64,000 nt of DNA from Gnetum montanum (lineage: Eukaryota > Plantae > Gnetophyta). The stretch covers positions 1,359,403-1,423,402 of the forward strand of contig MNCI01002813.1 in the NCBI GenBank assembly GCA_015680685.1. The letters run 5' to 3'. Below the pieces are notes generated by a model. The model ran no database searches, had not been told where the DNA came from, and was given only the letters and a program-made list of their open reading frames with translations. This document shows, one piece after another, positions 51,501-63,345 of the stretch. Within the stretch, counting starts at the first letter, position 1; each line of letters opens with the position of its first letter. The translations under genes were made by a program, and so were the position numbers.

Positions 51501-52707
51501 GAGAACGACCACCGAAGTTGACACATCTCCTACAAATGAACCATTTACTTGGATTGAGATGCCAAGTAAGATGGATTTTTTCCTTTGCATCGTGGATGAG
51601 GTAGTTGATCGCATCTAGCAAGCTCATCCTAAAATAGGTACATATGTCTTAAGCATTTTGAGTCTTTTGATTTTCACATCCATTTCCACCGTCCGATGTC
51701 TAATGCATGTTATTCTCATGTGGATAAGGACTAAACTGAAGTGGAATCCATCTGAGGCCACTTGTATTGACAGTATACCCACACTACCATCAGAGATTGA
51801 GCAAGTGCCAAGATAGATCTATGATGAAGTGGCAGAGTGTGCTGTGCAGAATGCCAAGTCTCTTTGGACTTGTAGGCATTCCATTGAGAAACTATGGTTG
51901 CAAATTCAGGTGGGGGAAAAGGTGGTTGCTAGGCTAACAATAGAACGAGATGATTTTAAGTCATGCTATGAGTTTGCCTTGGCAAGGTTGACAGGTGATT
52001 GTTCTTGGAAAACCTCTAAGATTACTTATACTAGGTATTGGAATTTATTGAATTGCCAAGTAACTATGATTCGGGAGTTAGCAGAATGGAAGGCACAAAT
52101 TGATTGGCTGAATCTCAAATGTTAGGATTGGAAAGCTTTCGCATCTAAGGTGTGAAAATGGGATCAAGATGAGAAGACACACAAGTATCATTATAAAAAA
52201 TCATTAAAGGAGAAATCCATAGAGAAGCGTCAGCTGAAAATATTTGTAGAGGGTTTAGGCCTACGATCTTCATTTGACGCATTTTCTAAGCACACTGTGG
52301 TAGAGATGGAGTCTCCCAAGAGGGTCATCACTATAGCTTCTAGGGAGGTTTCTATGGGCGAGTTTCCTCTTAAATGTCCCACTTGGTCCACGGTGGACAA
52401 AGGGAAGGCCTTGGCCAACATTGATCTAGGTCTTGATGGAACCGACTGGGTAAGTGTCCCTGAGGAGGAAATCCTTCATCGGCTGGAGTTTGGTCTACAA
52501 GGATATTCTTCGGTAAGTCGTTTAGATTTGTCAATTTTTCTTATTAGTTTTTTTAGTAGAAAATGTTTTATTTCTTTGTTAATTATTTTCTTTTACCTTT
52601 TACAGAATCACGAGGATGACAGTGGCCAAGAAGGTGGCCCTAGTGGAGTGGGGCAGGATGATGTGGAGGAGTCTGAAGATCAAGCTCCTCCTGGATTTGA
52701 TGCCTAG
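48544..52707 (+). pseudogene. Antisense multi-exon extra gene inside D: FCP1/NIF-like HAD domain + plant-transposon-protein-like domain + coiled-coil/acidic tail
   Basis: Exons 48544-48667, 48967-49447, 49523-49794, 49886-50931, 51077-51346, 51434-51637, ~51728-52512, 52606-52707. Six introns are GT-AG with consistent phases; one acceptor appears decayed. Stops are TGA/TAG/TAA, compatible with C-to-T change; one frameshift at ~50460. Confidence 0.75.
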
Positions 52708-53339
52708 TTTTGATTTGATGTTTTTGTTGTTAAAATGATTATGTATGCAATCTATGTATCATGTGGGGGCATGGTGCTAAGTTTTAATTTGACTTTGATA
52801 CATTTTTTTAAAAATCTTGGTTGAGTTTTCTGTTATTCATCATCATTTTTTTTCTTTTTGTTGTTTGAATTTTGAGTTTGTTCAAACACTGATACGTGAA
52901 GATTTGAAGTGAAAATCTTTTTGTTCTTTTGGGCTTGAATGTAAACATGATGCAACAGTGTAAAATGTTTTTATTCATCTTATTTTTTAAGTGTAATGAA
53001 CGAAGTAGGAATAGAAGTAGGAATGTAATTATAATTGAAGCATAATCATGTAAGGAGGGGGAATGTGAAGAAAAACTATAACTGATAACGCAACAAGGTA
53101 AGCATAAATTTGAACTGTAAACTTGAATTGAGAGAAAACAAATGTACGAAAATGCTCTAGTTTAAGGCCATTTTGGGCCCCATGTACTAGTTTAAGGCCA
53201 TTTTGGGCCATGTGTAAACAAGAGAAGTTTCAAGTGATACAGGTGAGTTTCTTGGTAAACCAGCCATTTCTGGCCATGGCTAGTTTTATGTCGTCGTGGA
53301 CATGTGATAGTTTAACGTCATTTCAGATGATGAATGTAG

Positions 53340-56300
53340 TTTAATGGTTCAGTAATTTTTTGAGTTTTCTTAATTTAACGTTCAGAGTGGCGTTAATAGG
53401 TATGATTCTATACTCAGCATCCCCTTCGCTGATCACGTTGAACGGTAATTCAGCCTAAGGGACATCTAATAGAACGGGCTCCGTGTTGGTGTCTCCTAGT
53501 GTTTCCGTATGTATAGTAGTTTCTAAGTTTGTTGTAGTTTCTAGGTTAGGCGGTGTATGTATAGTTTCAGGTTTGAGTGTTTCTATGCTGGGTGAAGTTT
53601 CTTTTATGTTTGATGAATCATTGTTTCCTAGTTGCATGCAACTTTCTTTTTCCTTTGTGTCATCCTGTTTAAGCTCTTCAAACTTAACCTCCAAGCCTTG
53701 GTTTATATCCGTATGTGACGAGATGGTACGTGTAGTGGCTTCCCCGTGTATAATGATTTCACCGCCTTCATAAGGCAAGTGTATCTCTTGGTGTATGGGG
53801 GAAGAGACTGCTTTGAGTTGGGCTAGCAGGGTCTTCCTAATATTAAATTGAACCCTGGCATTTCGTTGATGACAACAAAGTTAGCAGACATGGGGAAACG
53901 ATCCCTTATTATAAAGTCCAAAGTTATGGTGCCTTTTACTACTACGCGTGATCCACTATAAAATTTTAAACATGTGGTGGAGGTTGGTCTAATTAGTTTC
54001 ATAAGCCCTAATTGTTTAATGATGGAATAGGGTACTACGTTTGTGGCAGCTCCATCATCTACATGCACTCTATGTATTTTGAATTGATTTACTTGTATGG
54101 TTATGAACATAGGTGCGATTGTCACTTCTCCTGTTTTCTCATCAATTTTGATGTTGTTAGTATGGAAGCCTAGTGATTTAGAAATCGGCCCTTGAGGCGA
54201 ATACATTCCCGCATGAATGGAAAGTTCATTCAGAGGTAAGTCTTCATTTACTGGGATTGATGTCAACATACATACTAGGGCTTCGCGATGAGTTTGAGAA
54301 GTTAACATTAGATCATATAGACTTAACGAAGTGTTTTTCTATTTAAATGCCTGCATAACCTATGTTAGGGCTATTACTAAATCTTTGCCGTTAGGTGTAT
54401 GCTTGTTAATGGTTACTTGGTCCATCGGGCCAAACAGTGTTATCTCCTGTGTAGCTGGTTTGATGTTTTCTTCCGCAGCTGTTGATCTGGAAATATCATG
54501 TATTCCTGATGATTCTCCCTTATAGCTCATTTTTGATTCATTATTAGGTGATGTCATGGGTACTGCACTTAATGGAGTAGGCTTGGGGGGTCCTAAGGCA
54601 AGCCGTTGACATTCTTTCTCCAAGCATTCCCATGTGAGCCTGTCTGCCAATCATTCCCGCATGTGGCACGGGGGAATATTTGGTTTCTGAACATCAAGTT
54701 GCTTTGGAACCCATATGACATATGGAGTAGGACAGAGTTGCGATTGGACAGTTGAAGGTGGTTGAGTGTCAAGCTGCCTGGGCATCCTAACAACATACAG
54801 GGTCAATCTATTCTGTGTTTACGGAGTGGAAGGTTGGTGGTTATCAGGATGTTTGGGTATCTTGACAACATATGGAGTTGGTCTAGTTGGGGGCTATGCC
54901 TCCGTAGTTGCAACCACGGGTGGCACCCAGACTACATAGGGAGCAAGCCGGGTAGGAGGTTGCATGTTTAGGGTAGTAGTGGTAGGAGGTACATGCACTA
55001 CGTATGGTTTAGCTTGTGGTGGTATGGTAGAGGTTGCCACCACGGGAGGTACCTAGATGACATAGGGTCTTTGCGGGGTAGGCAGGTTATATGGAGGGTA
55101 TGATAATTGAGGTACGGGTGTTTGTGCAGTGGGAGGAGTACATGCTACAAAAGGTCTCCTAGGTGTTTGTTGTTCATCATCTAAATAAATGGTGTTAATC
55201 CTAGGTGTTTCTTGTTCGTTGTCTAAGTAGATGGTGTTAATTATGTATGGTGCTTCCTTAGTATTTAGGGGATCTTTATATATACCCATGGATTGGTTTT
55301 GTGGTTTGACCGAGTTGGCCTCATCGAAAGTGATCTCACCTCCATCAATCATTTGTTGAATGTCTTGTTTCAAGATGAAACAGTAGTCAGTGCCATGACC
55401 ATTACGTTGATGGTACTCACAAAAGCGATCTACTCTAAAGCCTCTTGGAACTGAGGGTTCATCCGGTGTCACCAAGCTTGTGTTCTCGACCAATTCGTAG
55501 AATCGATCGTGTCTTTGAATTGCCATAGGGGACAATTGTTTATGTTTCATTAGCCCGACCTTCAAGAGTTGGTCAAATAATTACAAAGGTTTCATGGGCA
55601 ATGGTGTATATTGAGAGGGGTCTCTCCTCTCAAAGTTTCTTGCATGACCTGGTGTAGCATTTTGTGATGTGGACGGTCTGGGCGTAGCAGTGGGAGTGGG
55701 TCTAGTATAGTTAGTGGGGGTAGTAGGCGATTTACCTTATTGTTGTGTTATCACTTGTTGGGTTTCTGCTACTGCTTCTACGGTTGCTTTAGCCTTTTCT
55801 TTGTCTTTCTTATTATGTTGGTTTTTAAAAGAGAAATAGGCTGGGCCATGACTGTTTTGTGCAGCCTCTTAAATATTCTTTATTTATACAAAAGCTTGGC
55901 TAAGGGTGCATGCATTAAGATAATATAGTTTTGACTTTACAAAATCATTGACGGCCCCCTTTAGAATAGTGAGGAGATAAGTCTTCAAGATTGACTCGTA
56001 GAGCTCATTGAGGGTAGCACTCCACCGTTGAATAAATTTTTGAACAGGTTCAAGCAGTGCTTGCTTGACCTATATGAGGCTATCAAGTGTTGCTTCAAGA
56101 TTCAAGTTATACTTGAACCTGGTAATGAACTGGTGTAATAAATATTCCAAAGATGATATGGAATTTTGAGGCAAAGCCCGATACCAGTCAAGTGCTCTCC
56201 CTATGAGGGACATGGGGAACACTTGCAAGATGGCATGTGGCCATGCTTGAAGCAACACGCACTCTAGTCTAAGCGTTATGAGATGGGTGTTGGGGTCTAT

Positions 56301-57600
56301 TTCCCCATTGTATTTAGTTAATGTGGGTAAGGAAACACCCTTTGGTAACATTATAGGTGGGATCGAAGAGATGATAGGGTCATCTTGATAGAAATCTACT
56401 ATCTTAAGCTCTTCATTGGTAGCTATTTTGAGGTGCATTGACCTCATCAGTTAGCTATTGCATCAGTTTTTTGGCTTTAGCCTAGTCTTAGGCCCTAGGT
56501 GAGATGGCAGCCTGGTTATGTTGTGTAGTATACAAGTTAGATTGTTGTACAATGGGTTGGAAGAGGAAATTTGAGTGGTCGAAGGTTGCGCTTGTGGAAT
56601 ATTCATGGTAGGTGCTACTAGGGGTGGCATGCTATAAAGAAAGGGTTTTTGTTGTTGTTGTACTTGAGGGATGTTCGTGGATGGATTTGTAGGAGGTGGT
56701 ATGTTGTAGTGAAGGGGTTGATGCGGTTGCATTCTAGTCATAGCCCACTGTTCAGGCATGGTTTTTGAGGGAACACCTTGAACTTGTTGAGTTGTGGTGA
56801 TGAAAGGTGCTCCTTGGGTTTGAATTCATGGTATATAGTGAGTAGATGTAGAATATGGTATCACAAACGACATCCCAATCACTTGGGGTGGGAATGCAGT
56901 CCTACATTAGCTTGAGGCAGGTGTTGTTGGGATTGTATTTGTAAAAGAGGGGGTGACGTGGTAACGGGAAGAATAGTGGTGATGGATATATTGAATTGAG
57001 TATCAGTCATCGGGAGTGTGGGAACAAGAGTGGATGGTTCTTGCTGAGGCACGTGAACTTGAGTGGTTTTAAATGAATGGAGAGACATAGTCTCCCCCGT
57101 GAAGGGATGGAATAACGGGTTTGCGTAAGTGTGCGGACTGAGAGTATGGTATGAATCCTCGTGTTCAGACTATGTCGCAAAGTCATCCTCCTCTTATAAT
57201 TGAGGATTTACTATGGATTGGTCTTGAGATTGACTTCTTACTAGGAGGAGCTGTGAAATGAGCTCAGAGTAGTGCTCTGGAAGAGGGATGATGTCATATG
57301 GGGAGGGGATGAACATATGTCCTCCCTTATGAACTAATTCATACTATTTCTTGGCCTCTAGTTCAGTTTGATCTACTACCAAGCCAGCTTGGATCTTCAC
57401 ACATATGAAGTTATACTGTTCTTGGGTTATGATATTAAATGATGGATTCTTCCCTTACAGTCTAAGAGATCAGTGAAGTCCTCCCTAGGGATTGACCTCA
57501 CTGTGGGCCCCTATGGGTTGCATAATGGGTATCGACATCGTTGTGGGGCCAATGGTGTCTAGAATGGGCTTGGTTGAAACATTGGTGTTGGTAGTATTCA
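53340..57600 (-). pseudogene. Element D gag and protease
   Basis: Retrotrans_gag LPTLTKYNGEIDPNTHL (56070-56447), Tat/Ogre-type CEYHQRNGHGTDYC knuckle (55053-55565), protease VHVDDGAATNV...LILGRP (53823-54308). Confidence 0.9.
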
Positions 57601-57856
57601 TGATGAAAAGGTCGTAAGTGTAACTAGGAGGATGGGAGACAATGTCAAGGTGTATAAGTGAGGATATGGCCGAGTATGAAATGGGTATACTTATCAGCGT
57701 GTAGCCTATTTACATAGCGTATGGACTGGATCCCAGCATACAGGCTTCAATGAACAGCGTATAGAAATTGGTCACGGTGTGTAAATTGGGGTCACAGCAT
57801 GCAAACTGCAACTGTCAATGTAAAGACAGAGTGGTCAACGTGTTGCAAGTAGTTGT

Positions 57857-57987
57857 AGCGTGTAGACAAGGTCTACAACGTGCAGGTAAGCTAGGCAACA
57901 TGTAGACAGGGTCTACAGCGTGTAGGTAAGCTAGGCAGCGTGTAGACAGGGTCTATAGTGTGCAAGTAAGCTGGGTAGCGTGTAGAC
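57857..57987. repeat. ~39-bp tandem repeat (about 3 copies) in the 5'UTR of D
   Basis: agcgtgtagacagggtctacagcgtgtaggtaagctaggc units. Confidence 0.85.
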
Positions 57988-58158
57988 GCTGAGATTACTA
58001 CAGAAAAGGACGCAAATTCAAGGAGTTGCAAAATTAGAGTTATGCAGATGAAGTGTAAATCTAAGGAAATTGGTGGTAGATCAGAAGCATAGAGAGTGGT
58101 GAATTAACAGGTCTGAAGAAATCTACAGTGGATCAAAGTAGGTTTAAGCAGTGTTAGG

Positions 58159-58175
58159 CCCTCCTTCTAGTGCCA
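58159..58175 (-). promoter_or_regulatory. Primer-binding site of D
   Basis: TGGCACTAGAAGGAGGG, 5 nt inside the LTR end (...ACA at 58181). Resembles the Tat-type TGGCGCTAGAAGGAGGG; cognate tRNA not assigned. Confidence 0.8.
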
Positions 58176-58180
58176 TTTTC

Positions 58181-59443
58181 TGTATTGTCCGAAATCTTCG
58201 ATGCAAGGCTGGAAGGGGATGAGCACCGCAGGATCTACAGATGAGCACAGAAGACTCTAACTTCACTTGAGGACGAGCTGGAACTGACGAAGGTAGAGTA
58301 CCTTGAGTGGTCCGCACGCGGATCAGGCAAGGATTTTCCCAAACATATGCCAATGTGCAATGCGCTGGGTTATATGTAATCAGCGTAATAAGCATAATAT
58401 AGAAGTAGATGTGCAAAAATATAAACAAAGAGATAGGAAAGAATGAATGCAAACTATAACAAATCTTAATCGGAAATGAAACAATTTTATTGCAAAAATG
58501 AGGATTACAGTGCATAGGTCTGAACGCAATTGTGGGACTGACACAAGGTGGACTAACATCCCTGGTGGATATCGATGGATGATGGTATGTTGGTTTGGAC
58601 TGCAGGCACAGTGTGAAGGCTATATGGTCCACATACAGGGTTGAAGTCCAGCATGCAAGGTTGGTGTTCAGATTTTTTGCTAAGTGTCACCAATTCCCGT
58701 TTTTTGTCTTCGTTTGTCAAAATTGCCAACCCCGATCTAGTGAAAAATTGGGGTTTTTATGAGGTTTTGGGCATTGGATTCAGATCTGGAAGGGTATGAG
58801 TGGCCATGGGTGAGAGAACTTTGGGTCGGATGACATGTGGCTGCATTGCCCGAGTGCGAAGAATATTACAACCGTACAACATGCTACATGCCATCGTGTA
58901 CATGCTGGGCATGTGAACTCAATGTACAGACTTGCCCAATACAAAGGAATTGAACTTTACAAACAAGAATACTGTTACAATAGAAAATATTTAACTTGGC
59001 CCTTGGATTTGAGAATGCTTCTTGTCGAATTTGTGCTCATTTGGACTCGATCTGACATGGTTTTGGAAGGCTTTGATTGGTGTACATTGGGCTACACGCT
59101 GGGTGTGCAGGTTAGCATGCAGGTTGGCTGAATCACTTGGTCGACCTCACTTTTGGTGGTGCATGCTAGGCATGCACGCTGGGCGTACATGCTAGGCTTG
59201 TATAGGCCGACGTGCAGGATGCATACTTGGTGAAAACCAAGTGTTTTGAGTTCAAAATTCACCAGGTTTGATGCCAGATGTCACTGTAGTCTTCTGTGGA
59301 TCCTAGGGAACCATTTCTTGCTCATTTTGACATCATTTGAAGCTTTCTGTGAGGTCCTCAAGCTTCAGTCATGCTGGGGAGCATCATGACTTAGCTCAAT
59401 TCTTGTTGGAGAAGTGCTAAGTTGAGAATTTTGTGGTGTTTCA
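58181..59443 (-). repeat. 5' LTR of element D
   Basis: TG...CA termini, ~1.26 kb, pairs with 41855-43048. Confidence 0.92.
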
Positions 59444-60900
59444 ATCACAAAATCAAACCTCCCTCTTGCGAATGAAAGGATCACGGTTATATTCTTCTAC
59501 ACTTTGTCTTTTTCTTAATTCACCCTCCTCTTTAGCTACCTACTCGATTAGTCTTTGTATCTGATGGATACTTAATTCTAATAGTTATCCTTGGTCATAG
59601 ATAGAAAGGGTTCTCATCATTTCTGATTGAAGCTCATTTACAATGTGGTGAAGTTGATCTAATTGAGAATAACCATGGCAAAGACATTTGTGCATTAAGA
59701 AATAGTATCAGTCGATGGCGGCATCCAAGGGTTTGTGTGTTCCTTGTTTCCATCCTTGGATTTTCCTTTACAAGTTGGACACTCCGAAGTATGTTTGATA
59801 TTTATTATTAAAAAATTCAAGCATGGTACTCCATTGTTTGATAGATTCTAGTTCTACAGACTAGTACTAGTTCTCTACTTCTTTGATGAGCATCCTTGGG
59901 AACAACTTAAGTTTTTTCCACTCATTTTCTATGTTTTGCAAGGCACATGCATCTTGAAAAGCTTGGAGATGATTTTTTGGATCAAATTTATATTTCCCTT
60001 TGATCTGAGGAATATTATTCATGTCTAGCGTTTTGATCCAACTATTCTTCATATCCCTTATTGGAATTCATATTGCCTTTGCAATATTGAGCATACTTCA
60101 GGTAGCAGGAAAAGGATCATCAAGGCCATGATCATGGTGCTTATGATGCCCTCTAATACCCCTTCATTCATGGTGATGTGCCTCTCTCAAATTTCTACAT
60201 GCTTAATCTTACCTTTCCTAATGGTCCCTTTAATCATTTTGATCCTGTCAATCATTTTGGTCACCACCATCATGCTCTTACCTTCAGTGGTTATGATCAG
60301 ATATAAAATAAGAAGAAGATGATGATGAAGGTGAAGAGGAAGGAGGACTAGCACCATCACAATGCCTACTACCACATCTTCGATGATCATGGCCACAATC
60401 ATGATCTTGTTACTTGTGCACATTCCTGCCTTGGGTTGCCTCTTTGGATTCTTCTTTGTCATTAGATCCATTCTTACTAGAACTAAGATTGTGAATTATG
60501 AACTGCAAGTTCTAGTTTTGACCTCCTTCACTAACATTAAAGAGAGGAATTTCACCAAATGGAAAACCCCTAGATAAGGTCTCTCCACCATATTTTTGAT
60601 ATAGTATGAATGGAGAATTATTAAATCCTTTTCCCTTTGCAATTTCATGCCATTGTTCTAACTGTCGATCCCATAGATGTTGGGCCTCAATGGGATGATA
60701 ATCCCTAACATCAATATATTGCACAACATACTCAACATGACATTCCTAGAGACTCTATCATATAAGCATTGGTTGGAGCATTATAAGAATATATTGATTA
60801 GGTAGCACCACAATGTTTCCTTCCATGTTATGCCATTGCAGTTGTTCATCCTAGTGTAGGATGAAGGTGAAATTGGGTGCATATACATCAGGATGAGCAG
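59444..60900 (-). pseudogene. Element B gag N-terminal part
   Basis: ORF 59867-60052 LDMNNIPQIKG...HLQAFQDAC; homologous to A 28100-29500. Confidence 0.88.
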
Positions 60901-61124
60901 ATAGCACTCGATATTGTTGAGGCACTAGCTAATGAGCTCTATCAGACTTGGGTAGAGAAGCACTCTTATGAGAAGAAGATATTTTTAATTAGATGATAAA
61001 AATGTAGTGTGCTTTTAAATTTTGTTGTAGCAACTGTAAAATATGATATGACTCTAAGGATTGTTCCAACGATTTTGAATGATTTCCACTAAATCTTAGA
61101 TAGCACATGAAATAAATAGAAGGT

Positions 61125-61141
61125 CCCTGGTAATGGCACCA
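61125..61141 (-). promoter_or_regulatory. Primer-binding site of B (Athila-type, tRNA-Asp-like)
   Basis: TGGTGCCATTACCAGGG, a CpG-decayed form of TGGCGCCGTTGCCGGGG, next to the LTR. Confidence 0.8.
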
Positions 61142-61142
61142 A

Positions 61143-61987
61143 TGATGAGTGATGAGGTATCCCTACACCCAACCATATGAATCACTATGGTGTTCACATG
61201 TGATCTAGTCGAATTCCATGGACCTATAGTTCTCCAGTACACTAGTTCGTAAAATGGGCATTGAGAATGTTCATTGTCTTCCCAACTATACTTGTGAAGC
61301 TCAAGGGTATGGTTTAAGTGTAATTGAGGTACATGATTTTTCTCATTTTATGTTTTATAAGTTTAGTCACCTACAACAAGAATGAAAGATAAAGTAATTT
61401 AATATATAACTCATTCACTACCTAGCTAGCCTAACACAAGTACCCATCCCACTTTCTTGGACACAACTTGAACACATATAGTGTTGTTGGGCTACCAAAC
61501 GTTCAACATTGCTAGGTTACCAAGTACTATATGTATGCTTGAAGTGGTTGTGCTTTTGTTCATTAACAACTAGAAATTAATTGCTTAATTTAAATGCATT
61601 ACAGTAAGTGCATTAAAGGAAACATTAATCTATTCTTAGTGTTGTAAGGATTATCAAAAGGGTTCATTTGTATTCCCATCACACTGCTACACTCAAGTAC
61701 ATCAGTGTTCAAACAAAGATTCATGCACACTTAGAATCTTAATATGCGCACTTAGAAAATATTCTAACTTTGGAGAAAAAAACTACAAGAGCTTCACTAC
61801 TTTGACTAACAAAACTATGAAAAACTATATGGAAATTTTGAGCCCAAGCACTATATTTATAGGCCAATGTATATCCTGCAATATTGGATATCCGACATTA
61901 CATCTAGGATCCAACATTGGATACTCGATTTCAAGGCTTTAATATTGGGTACTCGATATCGGAGCTTAAGAAAAATGTGGTTCATCA
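61143..61987 (-). repeat. 5' LTR of element B
   Basis: Pairs with 23271-24124; flanked by TSD CCCAT. Confidence 0.92.
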
Positions 61988-63274
61988 CCCATGCTCAATA
62001 GACCTTGAAGAAATGAGAAATGGCCAAGAGGAATGAAGTAGGATGTGACACCAAGGTAATTTGATGATTTCTTAGACTTCCACCCTAGGTTCCACTGGTT
62101 TTATATTGATGCACTACCACTTAGGTTTTTTTATAGATATAATATTAAAAACAATTATTTCCTTGTTACATCACTAGATAAGCATGTGACCCATGCTCTA
62201 AGATAGTCATATGATAAAGGTAATAAAGTAAATAAATAATTAATTTTTTTAAAAAAATAATTCTTAGGGTATCATTGGAAATACATATGATCCATTCTTG
62301 AATATGCTTTTCTAACCAATGGATAAGGTTCATAATATGAATAGTAATGATTAATTAATTATCTTCGATGCCCTTGATGAATGTTCCAATTTTTCTTTGG
62401 TGAGTGGTGTTTTTTTCAATATGATGGCTAGTTGCTCTCATGATGGTGGGCCTAGGATTATGTAATGCAATGCCACTGGTAAGAGCATTGGAGTTGGTAT
62501 AGGAATGGTTATATAAGGGCATTAAGGGCAAGAGCCTACTTTTGGAGGGTCCACTCATATAACTATTGGGGGTTGTTAGTGAACTAATTCCACACTTTTT
62601 AAAACATAATGACTACTTGTTTTAGTTTATTTATTATTATAAAACCCACTTATCTTCAAATTTTGTTTAAATTCAATAAATTTATATTATTTTTCTTAAC
62701 CTCCATATTCCTAGTCCAATTTGACACTAAACCAACATGTTTAATCATCTTCAATTATTCTAGCTAAAGGGAAGATTCATTATATAGTTTGGCATTCTCC
62801 AAGAAGCTCTGGGACATATAGAATGCAAGAAAACAATCAAATTTTGATCAAAAATAATAAAAAATATTAATTTTTTAATTTACGATATTGTAGCTATGAT
62901 ATTGTAGGGCCTACAGTGTCATAAGTACAACGTCACCAATATAAACTACTATATATAGTCATGAACCCTTAACCATTTCTTATTTTATTCACAACACATG
63001 CAAATTTTTTGCTAGTTTTAGGATCTAGAAGCTTGTAAATTCCCTAACTTGTAAACTAAGAATATGAATTTCATCATTTCATAAAACCTTAAGCTCCCGA
63101 AGTTAAGCTCTTTATCAAGAGGTACCTTAAGTATGATTTTCAAAAAATTGTCTAACACCTTATTTTTAAATGCACTAAGGTAACCAACATTAAGAAGAAT
63201 GGAATGTAATTAAAAATTAACCAACAATTTAATGGTTTAGTTATTTTAAAGCTTAGGGAATGATATTTTTAATG

Positions 63275-63345
63275 AGGTGTTAGCCTAGTTGTAAGACTCT
63301 TGATTTGAAAATAATAGGTCATGGTTTCGATTTTGGTGGGCAATG
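63275..63345 (+). mobile_element. tRNA-like SINE head remnant
   Basis: A-box-like TAGCCTAGTTG and B-box-like GGTTTCGATT at tRNA spacing; no intact cloverleaf. Confidence 0.45.

Larger units (their letters stand above)
41855..59443 (-). mobile_element. Element D: Ogre/Tat-like Ty3/Gypsy element inserted in B gag
   Basis: LTRs ~41855-43048 and 58181-59443, PPT AAAGAGGGGCCAA at 43049-43061, PBS at 58159-58175, domain order RT-RH-aRH-INT. Confidence 0.88.
23271..61987 (-). mobile_element. Element B: Athila-like Ty3/Gypsy LTR retrotransposon hosting nested elements A and D
   Basis: Paired LTRs 23271-24124 and 61143-61987 (TG...CA), 5-bp TSD CCCAT at 23266-23270 and 61988-61992, PBS and PPT in the expected positions, gag/pro/RT/INT pieces in order. 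Confidence 0.92.

Noticed and set aside
55157-55242. 42-bp in-frame duplication (INTIYLD.EQ.TPR twice) in D gag
   Set aside because: Ordinary slippage in a linker region.
58144-59131. 162-aa and 98-aa ORFs in D's LTR
   Set aside because: Broken in the sister LTR (41920-42784) and no recognisable domain.
63275-63345. tRNA gene
   Set aside because: A/B-box-like motifs only; acceptor and anticodon stems do not pair.
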